From: Geobacteraceae bacterium GWC2_55_20
GTDB taxonomy: Bacteria > Desulfobacterota > Desulfuromonadia > Geobacterales > Pseudopelobacteraceae
Assembly (NCBI GenBank): GCA_001802125.1
Contig: MGZK01000130.1
Location: 243 to 64,242, forward strand
Length of the DNA stretch: 64,000 bases
Direction: 5' to 3'
Shown: positions 1-8,166 of the stretch, one piece after another
Layout of the letters: each line of letters begins with the position of its first letter
Numbering within the stretch: the stretch's first letter is position 1
The notes under the pieces: model-generated
What the model saw: only the letters and a program-made list of their open reading frames with translations
The model's database searches: none
What the model was told of the DNA's origin: nothing
Position numbers and translations under genes: made by a program

Positions 1-1
1 T

Positions 2-3000
2 CAACGGCATATCGGCTACTACAGCCGGGGTATCGCCGTCAGTGGATCCAACATCCTTGTCCTTTACTGGCAGATAGACTCCATCTTCAGTTGTTCCGGA
101 TATGACAAATCCCATAACTTGGTCGATACAACCGGCGGCATAGTCCGACACCAGTTTTATCTCGATCTGGTTGGCAGCCAGGGTGCTGCTGCCACAGGAT
201 CCGTAGCCATCTGTGGCGGCAGTTGCGGTACAGACTTCGTATTTTACAATGGAGTCCATGTCGTGGTCGGCACCCTGCTCCACATCCTCATAGTTGATCC
301 GGAACAGGGCATAGATCACATTATTGCTGCTGTCGTAACGGATGTCGTCAACATAGTAATCAACAATGGTATTGGTCGGGCAGTAAGCGGCCGTATCAGC
401 AGGACTCTTCTGGGTAAGCTGCATACCATAGGTAGCATCATAGGTCAGGTTCATGCGCTGGGCACAGCCACCGTTAACACTGGCACAGCCGCTGACAGAC
501 TTGGCTGTCGGCAATATCGAGACTGTGCCGCTACTGGTTTTAATCTGCAGATCCGAAAATGGCGATGAGAGCGCCACCACAAAAGTGTTGACGTCGGGTT
601 TGCCGGTAATGGACTTGAACTTGGTTTTGCCGTAGTAAGACAAAGCAGCTGAATAATAACTGCCCATCTTGGTCGGCTCTTCGGGACACATTCCCCGTAA
701 CAGACTGAAGTTAGCAGCGGATTTACCGGTGCATAGAAAGTCCTTGAGTGTGCCGTTCTCGCCGATGTACCAACTGTTACCGGTAATGTTTTCGGTCTGG
801 CCGATTGTGTAGGCCAGGTCGTTAAGCAGAGTACGTCCTGAACTCTGTGTCTCTCCCAACTTCAACAGAACAGGTGTATCTTCAGCAAAGCTGGTATTGT
901 CCGGCTTCTTGAACGAGCTGCCGGGTATCTGATCGGAGTCGTAACTGGTATTGGTGTCTGAAAGCAGAAGGATGAACGGCTTGGCACATCCCGGATATAT
1001 GTCATAAAGCGGCTTGGCTGTACTGCCATCCTTGTAGCCCCAGTCAGGCTTGGACAAACTTAAACCGGAGTCCTGAGAAGTTGAATAGGTAAAATCACTG
1101 GTCGGGGCCAACCGGCCGGCATAATAGCGTAGCGATTCATACATCATCTCGGCAATCGGGTTACCCCAACTGCGGCACTCCCCTTCCGCTATAGGACGGT
1201 CAGAAATCCAACCACAGTTACCGCCAGTGGCATCCTGGTAGGACCAGTCGGAATACCTGAAACCTACCGGTTTGAGCCGGTCAAAGGTAAGAATGATATT
1301 TCCCTGGGCATTCTCCGAACTCTGGAATATTCCGTTATTTGCGTTGGACTCGTCCAGAATCGCGCCGATATTTTTACGCAAGACCCCACCACTTGTGTTC
1401 TTGGTATATGAGGTGGTCATCATGCCGAAATACATTTCCGCCTTGTCGACACATTTGCCTTCTGTGGCAAAATCGCAGTTGGCGTCAGTGTTGCAGGCTT
1501 TGGACAAAGTCTTTGAGCAAACCTTGGAGCCGTCCCCCTCGCCGTACTGTTGCAGAAGGCCAACAGGTTTCCAGAGACCTGTGCCCGAACCTGGGTACCA
1601 CTTGCAGGAATCTCCGATCTCGCTTTTCTTGATATCCAGCTGGTCGGTGGTGTCAATGACAGTATCACAGACCTTGACTCTGACTTCATAGTCAGTGGGG
1701 GTGCCGAGACTGTTGTCACAGACCGGCCGTTCCTTGGAGGCCCAGTCCCAAATGCGTTTGCCGGAGACATTTTGCAAAAGCCTCATCAACGGCGCTCCGG
1801 TATCTGAGAGTGTAGAGTTACAGACCATGTGGTACTTGCTGGAGTCCTGACTGGTTGCCCCTGATGTGGGTTTACCCTTGTTGATAAACTCGCTGGCATA
1901 GAGAGTACACTGGTTTGAAGCAGATATATTGAAGGTACGCATGTTGTTGTTACCGAGGTTAGTGGTACCGAAAAGCTTCCAGCCGGCATTGGCCTTGTTG
2001 TACCAGACCCGCACTCCATCCTGACCGCCGCCTTCTGAAACACGCACTACCAGACGATACCAGGTACTGCTCTTTGACAGGCTGATCGAATCGGTCACCA
2101 TACCGGCGCAGGCGGTAGTCGGAGCAGTGGTGCAACTGGAGTGCGCTCCGTAGTGAGAAGCCACGACTCCCAGTGACGTATCTGCAGTCGTGAATAGTTC
2201 AACCTCGGCGCCATCATCACTATCTACCATGAACTTCCAGGTCTCGGAACCGTTGCCGGTCGATGTTTTGAATTCGGCCACCACCACGGTGCTATAAGCA
2301 TCAAGATGGTCCTGGGACGGATCGATTTTTGAACCGGCAGTTCCAAAATTTGTAATAGTGGTATCGTAATCGATGAATGTAGAGGTCAGGGGTTCGGTAG
2401 CGTCAGAGAAAGACGCCAGAAGATCTGTGTGTGTATCCCCGCTAATCTGGGCTGCCGCAAGGGCTGCCGGATGACGGTAGCGCACTACCAGCATTTTGTT
2501 GCTGGTGGTGCCCGGAGTGGCTGCCGTGCACGTGGACAAGCCAGATTGGGCAAAACCGACCAGCTCCATGGATTTGTCGGTACAGGCATAACCGCTGGCA
2601 CAGTCGCTGTCCAATGAACAGGAGTAAGTGTATTGAGGCGTGCCGGACGAATTATAACAGAGACGGCCGGTGAACTCCTTGCCCCAGCTGTGCGCGTCCT
2701 GAGGAACGGTTGCCCTTTCCAAAACCGTTTCGCTGGTACTGTCCGAACTGCGGTGACCGCCGTAGAGCACTTTTTTCAGTACATCTATACGGCTCATTGT
2801 GAGCCAGTTGAGGATATTTCCGCTCCACTGCCCACCGGCATTGGAACAGAACTTCGTAGTTGTGCGGGACACCGGATCGAACTTATCTGTGCCGGTAGTG
2901 TTGTACTGGTAGCACTTGTAGGGATCAAAGTAACCGTAATAATCGATCGAGTGTTTGTATGTGATATCAAGAAGTCCGTCGTCATCAAGGTCGGCTGAAT

Positions 3001-3193
3001 CGCTATAGGATTCGTAGTAGAGTTTGTGGTCGCGGCCCATCTCGAACATCACCAATGGCGGTACAGTGGCGGCTATGAATGGAGGCTGAATGCAGTAATC
3101 GTTCATAACCGCAGAACTGGCATTAGTTGATATGACGAGCAAGCAAAGTAGTAGGCATAACTGAGCCATTAAGCGGGCAGATAGAGTTTTCAT
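2..3193 (-). CDS. pilY1: PilY1-like type IV pilus-associated adhesin/assembly protein, N-terminal 1064 codons. The 3' end runs off the left edge. Carries a PA14-like insert.
   Basis: Absent from the ORF track because it has no stop inside the window. My hand translation of the minus strand from the ATG at 3193 gives MKTLSARLMAQLCLLLCLLVISTNASSAV (signal peptide), NDYCIQPPFIAATVPPLVMFEMGRDHKLYYESYSD, KPVGLLQQYGEGDG and MYFGMMTTSYTKNTSGGVLRKNIGAILDE. I associate these motifs with PilY1-family proteins. No minus-strand track ORF lies in this frame (top coordinate = 1 mod 3), which fits one uninterrupted frame. I translated only 3193 down to about 1320. Confidence 0.75.
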   Translation of the reverse strand, partial: MKTLSARLMAQLCLLLCLLVISTNASSAVMNDYCIQPPFIAATVPPLVMFEMGRDHKLYYESYSDSADLDDDGLLDITYKHSIDYYGYFDPYKCYQYNTTGTDKFDPVSRTTTKFCSNAGGQWSGNILNWLTMSRIDVLKKVLYGGHRSSDSTSETVLERATVPQDAHSWGKEFTGRLCYNSSGTPQYTYSCSLDSDCASGYACTDKSMELVGFAQSGLSTCTAATPGTTSNKMLVVRYRHPAALAAAQISGDTHTDLLASFSDATEPLTSTFIDYDTTITNFGTAGSKIDPSQDHLDAYSTVVVAEFKTSTGNGSETWKFMVDSDDGAEVELFTTADTSLGVVASHYGAHSSCTTAPTTACAGMVTDSISLSKSSTWYRLVVRVSEGGGQDGVRVWYNKANAGWKLFGTTNLGNNNMRTFNISASNQCTLYASEFINKGKPTSGATSQDSSKYHMVCNSTLSDTGAPLMRLLQNVSGKRIWDWASKERPVCDNSLGTPTDYEVRVKVCDTVIDTTDQLDIKKSEIGDSCKWYPGSGTGLWKPVGLLQQYGEGDGSKVCSKTLSKACNTDANCDFATEGKCVDKAEMYFGMMTTSYTKNTSGGVLRKNIGAILDESNANNGIFQSSENAQGNIILTFDRLKPVGFRYSDWSYQDATGGNCGWISDRPIAEGECRSWGNPIAEMMYESLRYYAGRLAPTSDFTYSTSQDSGLSLSKPDWGYKDGSTAKPLYDIYPGCAKPFILLLSDTNTSYDSDQIPGSSFKKPDNTSFAEDTPVLLKLGETQSSGRTLLNDLAYTIGQTENITGNSWYIGENGTLKDFLCTGKSAANFSLLRGMCPEEPTKMGSYYSAALSYYGKTKFKSITGKPDVNTFVVALSSPFSDLQIKTSSGTVSILPTAKSVSGCASVNGGCAQRMNLTYDATYGMQLTQKSPADTAAYCPTNTIVDYYVDDIRYDSSNNVIYALFRINYEDVEQGADHDMDSIVKYEVCTATAATDGYGSCGSSTLAANQIEIKLVSDYAAGCIDQVMGFVISGTTEDGVYLPVKDKDVGSTDGDTPAVVADMPL

Positions 3194-3507
3194 CGTTTCC
3201 ACTCCTCGATGATGATTTTGTCCACAACATTGCCGTTGACATGGAGAACGACCGAGTCTCCACCACGAACTTCGTTCGGACCTGCCTTATCCTCGAAATA
3301 TGCATTATTTTGCTTCGTATGTTTCCGATATATGCACTTATCGATAACCCGGTACTCTTTGCCGTCAGCCACCACTTTTATGCCGTCAAAAAAGGATACC
3401 CGACCCGTGAAATAATAGACCGACGAATCGGCAGCACAAACAGCCAGAGGCATTAACAATGCGCAAATTAGAACAACAGCTGCAAAATGAGTTTTTACCC
3501 TGATCAT
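3190..3507 (-). CDS. Small secreted protein of unknown function (105 aa)
   Basis: The track ORF has an N-terminal signal-like segment, MIRVKTHFAAVVLICALLMPLAVCAAD. Its TGA stop overlaps the ATG of the PilY1-like gene (ATGA, 3190-3193), suggesting translational coupling. I recognise no family. Confidence 0.6.
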   Translation of the reverse strand: MIRVKTHFAAVVLICALLMPLAVCAADSSVYYFTGRVSFFDGIKVVADGKEYRVIDKCIYRKHTKQNNAYFEDKAGPNEVRGGDSVVLHVNGNVVDKIIIEEWKR

Positions 3508-3549
3508 GACCCGGCACCTCTCTTTACCCTGAATAAGCAGACAACGTTG

Positions 3550-4335
3550 CTACTTCCCTTCCAGCATCTTTTTCAACGTCTCCGCATCGCGCATCCCCAC
3601 TTCAACCTTGCCGTTGGGCATGACCATGGTCGGAGTTCCCGAGATACCGTTGGCATTGGCAAACTTGATGTTTTCATCAATAGCCTTCTTGCTGCTCTCC
3701 TTGGTCGGCTTGGGAATTTCCTTACCCTCGAATGCCTTGTCTAGCAGATCATGGCTCATCGACTCCAGGACTGAACGTGATTTGTCATATGCTCCCGGAT
3801 GCATCGGCAAAGGATAAAGCATCACGTGTATGGCAACATCCGGAGCAATTTTTGCCAGTTTTTTCAGCTCCACATGGCCTTTTCGGCAGTAAGGACAATC
3901 CGGATCCGTAAAAACATACAGTTTTTTTGAACCTTTGGGATTTCCCATAATGACAGCATTTTTTACAGGAATGGATTTCACATCCACAAAGGTAGGTTGC
4001 TTCTGCTGCGGGAGTTCCTGCTTGTGCGAGGAAACAGCTTCCAGTTTTGCAAGATTCACCATCATGCCCTGTATCAGATGCTTTTTGCCGTAATCAATGA
4101 ATATCACGGCTTTCTGATTGTCTTTCTGGACCAGTAGTTCAAACAGCCCGCGTGAAGGTGACTCCTTGACCGACAGAACCGATGCCCCGGTCGGCTTCAT
4201 CAACTCCGCAGCTTCCTTGCTGGATAGGGTATGGCATTTTTTACAGTCGGTGCCGCAATTTTCCTTGGACATGCCGAATGACGGAGTGGTGATAAACACT
4301 GACAAGGAAACTGCAACAAGAAGTACTTTCAGCAT
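3550..4335 (-). CDS. DsbC/DsbG-like periplasmic thiol:disulfide isomerase (thioredoxin fold, CPYC active site)
   Basis: Signal peptide MLKVLLVAVSLSVFITTPSFG. The motif FTDPDCPYCRK is typical of DsbC/DsbG. The C-terminal GISGTPTMV resembles the cis-Pro loop. An extra CGTDCKKCH cluster follows the signal peptide. Confidence 0.8.
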   Translation of the reverse strand: MLKVLLVAVSLSVFITTPSFGMSKENCGTDCKKCHTLSSKEAAELMKPTGASVLSVKESPSRGLFELLVQKDNQKAVIFIDYGKKHLIQGMMVNLAKLEAVSSHKQELPQQKQPTFVDVKSIPVKNAVIMGNPKGSKKLYVFTDPDCPYCRKGHVELKKLAKIAPDVAIHVMLYPLPMHPGAYDKSRSVLESMSHDLLDKAFEGKEIPKPTKESSKKAIDENIKFANANGISGTPTMVMPNGKVEVGMRDAETLKKMLEGK

Positions 4336-4372
4336 TGTAAATCCTTTCGGTTTTTAATTTCGGACAATATAA

Positions 4373-4389
4373 AGCAAGAATAATGCCGG
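4373..4389 (-). promoter_or_regulatory. Sigma-54 (-24/-12) promoter upstream of the dsbC-like/small protein/pilY1-like operon
   Basis: The minus strand reads CGGCAT-TATTC-TTGCT, against the consensus TGGCAC-N5-TTGCW. GG and GC are exactly 12 nt apart. The element lies about 40 nt upstream of the ATG at 4335, and a sigma-54 enhancer-binding protein gene lies immediately upstream. Confidence 0.6.
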
Positions 4390-4506
4390 CAACAGCCAAC
4401 CCATAAACAGCTGATATAACAACACTTATTTTCAAGCACGACCATAACTATGCATTTATTTCATACCATCACGAACCCGTCCCTCCGGGAGCTATGCAAA
4501 TTTTGC

Positions 4507-5877
4507 TCACTCAATACCATAATCTTTTAATTTATAGAGCAATGACCTGTGGCTTATTTCAAGTATTTTGGCCGCCTGGGTACGGTTTCCGCCGGTCTTG
4601 GCCAATGCCTTGGTGATAAGGTTCCGTTCGATTGCATCCTCTGCTCTTTTGATTGACAAATCTTCGTCCTGGTCTGGAATCTGCAACAACACTACACCGG
4701 AGCGCACTGCAGGAGGGAGACTGCTACACGATATTCTGCCGCCATCACAGAGAATGGATGCCCGCTCGATCGCGTTTTCCAGTTCACGGATATTACCGGG
4801 CCAGGCATACGCCATCAAGCAGCGCATGGCATCCGGCTCAATGCGAAGATTCATTCGATCAGCTCCGCTGGAACAGGTGCGAATGAAGTGTTCAACCAGC
4901 AGCGGGATATCCTCAACACGTTCCCTTAACGGCGGCAATTGCAAACAGAATACGTTAAGCCTGAAATACAGATCTTCACGAAATATCCCGGCTTTTACGT
5001 CAGCCTGCAGGTCGCGGGATGTGGCTGACACGACCCGTACGTCAACCTTTCGTGAATTGCTGGCCCCGACCCGACGGATCTCTTCATCCTGCAACACACG
5101 CAAGAGCTTTACCTGCAAGGCTGGCGGCATATCACCAATTTCATCGAGAAAGAGCGTGCCGCCGTCCGCCAGTTCGAAAAGTCCGGTTTTATCGTCGGAA
5201 GCATCGGTAAATGATCCACGGACATGGCCGAACAATTCGCTTTCCAAAAGGTTTTCAGGTATGGCGCCGCAATTTACCGCCACAAAGGATTTATGAGCCC
5301 GGCGGCCGTTCTGGTGAATTGCACGGGCCACCAGCTCCTTGCCGGTACCGGACTCGCCGAGAATCATTACGGTAGTTTTGAGATTGGCAACTTTCCCGAT
5401 CTGGCTGAAGATTTCTTCCATGACCACATTGCGGCTGATGATTCCGTTATAGGCAAAACGACCTGCGACAGCTGCTCTCAGCTGACTGTTTTCCTGTTTC
5501 AACCGTTCCCGCTCTTCGGCTTTCTTGAGAACCATAACGATTTCATCTTTTTTGAAGGGCTTGGAGATGAAGTCGTATGCACCCATTTTCATGCACTCCA
5601 CGGCCGTTTCGACTGTACCGTAAGCCGACATCATGATGACCGGAACAGAGATGCGTTCTTCCATTGCCCTGGCGAGAAAAGTTTTCCCGTCCATTTCGGG
5701 CATGCGGATGTCGCAGAGTATGAAATCGTAGGCCTTGTCCTTTATGCATGCCAGCCCTTTTTCACCATTGGCGGCACAATCCGCCACATACCCCTGGCGG
5801 GTCAGCATCAGCGACAACATGTGCCGCAGATTTTCTTCATCATCTATTACGAGAATGTGTTTTTTGCCCACGGGCAC
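4507..5877 (-). CDS. Sigma-54-dependent Fis-family response regulator (NtrC class, PilR-like by context)
   Basis: Receiver domain (ILVIDDEENLRHML, CDIRMPEMDG). AAA+ sigma-54 interaction domain (GESGTGKE, ESELFGHVRGSFTDA, FLDEIGDM). C-terminal Fis HTH (AAKILEISHRSLLYKLK). Confidence 0.9.
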   Translation of the reverse strand: MPVGKKHILVIDDEENLRHMLSLMLTRQGYVADCAANGEKGLACIKDKAYDFILCDIRMPEMDGKTFLARAMEERISVPVIMMSAYGTVETAVECMKMGAYDFISKPFKKDEIVMVLKKAEERERLKQENSQLRAAVAGRFAYNGIISRNVVMEEIFSQIGKVANLKTTVMILGESGTGKELVARAIHQNGRRAHKSFVAVNCGAIPENLLESELFGHVRGSFTDASDDKTGLFELADGGTLFLDEIGDMPPALQVKLLRVLQDEEIRRVGASNSRKVDVRVVSATSRDLQADVKAGIFREDLYFRLNVFCLQLPPLRERVEDIPLLVEHFIRTCSSGADRMNLRIEPDAMRCLMAYAWPGNIRELENAIERASILCDGGRISCSSLPPAVRSGVVLLQIPDQDEDLSIKRAEDAIERNLITKALAKTGGNRTQAAKILEISHRSLLYKLKDYGIE

Positions 5878-5897
5878 TCCTTTTATCAGACATGCCG

Positions 5898-7373
5898 CTA
5901 ACCGGACACTGTCGGCAACCAGACCGTAAAACAGGTTCCTGTACCCGGCTTGCTTTTTACGGTAATGCGGCCATCAAAGCCTTCAATGATCCGCGCAGCG
6001 ATAGCCAGACCAAGCCCGGTACCCTTGCCGGGCGGTTTGGTCGTAAAGAACGGGTCGAAAATATATTTCAGATCGTCATCCTCAATCCCCGACCCATTAT
6101 CAATAACGTCAATACGCATAAAACGGTTCTCGATCCGTGACTTGAGAATAATGGCGCCATTTTCCGCAAGCGCATCGCGACTGTTTATCAAAAGATTGAT
6201 CAGTACCTGCTGCAGTTGGTGTGGATCCGCTTTCACCTGTGGCAAATATTCATCCATTGCAACAGAGACTGTAAAATGCTTGAAAACCCCCTGCTGTGAC
6301 AGCAGCTCCAGCGTCGCAGTGGCAACCTGCCTGACATCGGCGGTTTCCTGGCATGAAACACGCGGGCGGGAATAATCTAACAATCCGCGAACGATCCGGT
6401 CGATTCTGGCACAGTCGGTCGAAATCCGCCGGGCATAGTCCTGGATGGCCGGATTGTCCGGTTGTTCGACCGCGGCCAGGTCGGCATATCCCATGATCGA
6501 TGCCAGTGGAGTTCCGATTTCATGGGCCATTCCCGCCGCCAGAAGTCCGATCGACGCCATCTTCTCAGTGCGAATGGCCTCTTCGCGGGCCTGGTGAAGA
6601 TCATTGTTGACACGCTCCAAGGCTGCCATATGTTCTGAAACCTGCTGATCTTTGCTTTGCAATGCCATGGACATCTCGTTGAAAGACTCGGCAAGACGGG
6701 CAAGCTCGGAACTGCCCGATACTCGCAATTTCTGTCCATATTGCCCCCCGGTGATCTTTCCGGTAGCAGACAGCAATCTATTGATCGGATTAACAACTAT
6801 CCTGGAGAGTATAAAAGAGCCGAGTCCCATCAACATGATAAAATCAAGCACGAAATATGCTGCAAAAATCTGCCTGGTCCTGTCCAAACGGGCGTTTTCA
6901 GCTGTCAGTGACAGCAGCAGGCCGGCCCTGCCAACCGGAACGCCATTTCGCGTCACGTTGATGACATTTGCAATGCCGCTTCCATCAGCAAGAATGCCGC
7001 CATCCGAGGACACGTGAATGCCGTTGAACGGCAAATATACGTCACTGCCGTCGCGGCCGGCTGTAAAGATGGCCTTGCCGTTTCTATCCAGTAGAGTTAA
7101 GCGTGTGAAAGCAGCATCGTCGGAGAGTTTCTGAACGTATATTGATGCGGAAGAATCTGGCGGAATGATTCCCTCCGGAAAGACCGGCAGGTTATCGGGT
7201 AGTTGACTGACAAAAGTCGCCAGGAGAGTACGGGCATGTTCGCCCTTTTGGGCATACAGGTCGTTGGCTGCGGTTTTAAAGGCCAGAAAGCTGAACAGCA
7301 GCCACGTCATTACCAGCAGGAAGCCCAGGAAGGCCATGATCGAAACAGTCAGACTGGGGCGGTAGCGGGCCAT
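5898..7373 (-). CDS. Sensor histidine kinase (TM-HAMP-HisKA-HATPase_c), PilS-like by context
   Basis: H-box MAHEIGTPL, N-box LINLLINSRDA and G-boxes DNGSGI and GTGLGLAI. I chose the start MARYRPS at 7373 because the track start (7475) overlaps pilD by 98 nt. Confidence 0.85.
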   Translation of the reverse strand: MARYRPSLTVSIMAFLGFLLVMTWLLFSFLAFKTAANDLYAQKGEHARTLLATFVSQLPDNLPVFPEGIIPPDSSASIYVQKLSDDAAFTRLTLLDRNGKAIFTAGRDGSDVYLPFNGIHVSSDGGILADGSGIANVINVTRNGVPVGRAGLLLSLTAENARLDRTRQIFAAYFVLDFIMLMGLGSFILSRIVVNPINRLLSATGKITGGQYGQKLRVSGSSELARLAESFNEMSMALQSKDQQVSEHMAALERVNNDLHQAREEAIRTEKMASIGLLAAGMAHEIGTPLASIMGYADLAAVEQPDNPAIQDYARRISTDCARIDRIVRGLLDYSRPRVSCQETADVRQVATATLELLSQQGVFKHFTVSVAMDEYLPQVKADPHQLQQVLINLLINSRDALAENGAIILKSRIENRFMRIDVIDNGSGIEDDDLKYIFDPFFTTKPPGKGTGLGLAIAARIIEGFDGRITVKSKPGTGTCFTVWLPTVSG

Positions 7374-7377
7374 ATCG

Positions 7378-8166
7378 TTAGCCTTTATTGAAGCCGCCAA
7401 GATTGAGATACCACTCGATAAGTGGTCGTCCATAGAAGATGTAGAGTACCGCTCCGAAAGCCAGATACGGACCAAACGGAATCGCCAGTTTTGAATCCTT
7501 TTTCTGCAGCAGCATTATCGATACGCCGACAACCGACCCGACCAGAGAACTGGCCAGGATTATGAACGGAATTGACTTCCACCCCAGAAAGGCGCCCATC
7601 ATGGCCAGAAGCTTGATATCCCCGCCCCCCATCCCCTCTTTGCCGGTCAGCCATTGATAGCCGTAGGCAACCAGCAGAAGGCTGCCTCCACCCAGCAGGA
7701 TACCTAGTAAAGAATTCAGCCAGTTATGTCCCTGCAGGAAAAACGACATCACAAATCCAATTATTATTCCTGGAAGAGATATTTCGTCCGGAATAATCTG
7801 GTGTTCGATATCGATGAACGTAATCACCACCAATGCTGAGCAGAATACAAACAACACCGCAAAGGCAAGTGTCGGGCCGAAACGCAGAAACAGCAGCAAG
7901 GTGATGATCCCGTTAAGCATCTCCACCAGCGGGTATTGCAGTGAAATCCGGGCGCCGCATCCACGGCATCTCCCGCGCAGCAAAAGATAGCTGATTACGG
8001 GGATGTTGTCGTACCAGCGGATCTGATAGTTACAATGCGGACAATGCGATGGTGGGGAGACAATCGATTCTTCCTTCGGCATGCGACAGATACAGACATT
8101 CAAAAATGATCCGACCACCATGCCGAAAACAAATGAGAACAGGGAGTAAATTGTATGAAGAGACAT
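7378..8166 (-). CDS. pilD: Prepilin peptidase/N-methyltransferase (A24 family)
   Basis: Motifs are GSFLNVCICRMP, CPHCNYQIRWYDNIPV, LLRGRCRGCGARIS and GGGDIKLLAMMGAFLGW. I chose the start MSLHTIYS at 8166, where TGATG overlaps the ptsI stop by 1 nt. The track start at 8250 lies inside ptsI. Confidence 0.9.
   Translation of the reverse strand: MSLHTIYSLFSFVFGMVVGSFLNVCICRMPKEESIVSPPSHCPHCNYQIRWYDNIPVISYLLLRGRCRGCGARISLQYPLVEMLNGIITLLLFLRFGPTLAFAVLFVFCSALVVITFIDIEHQIIPDEISLPGIIIGFVMSFFLQGHNWLNSLLGILLGGGSLLLVAYGYQWLTGKEGMGGGDIKLLAMMGAFLGWKSIPFIILASSLVGSVVGVSIMLLQKKDSKLAIPFGPYLAFGAVLYIFYGRPLIEWYLNLGGFNKG

Noticed and set aside
119-2998. Several plus-strand ORFs of 60-149 aa (119-568, 1272-1691, 2633-2998 and others), plus minus-strand ORFs in other frames
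   Set aside because: All lie inside the long uninterrupted minus-strand frame that encodes recognisable PilY1 and PA14 motifs. They lack ribosome-binding sites and have antisense-type compositions.
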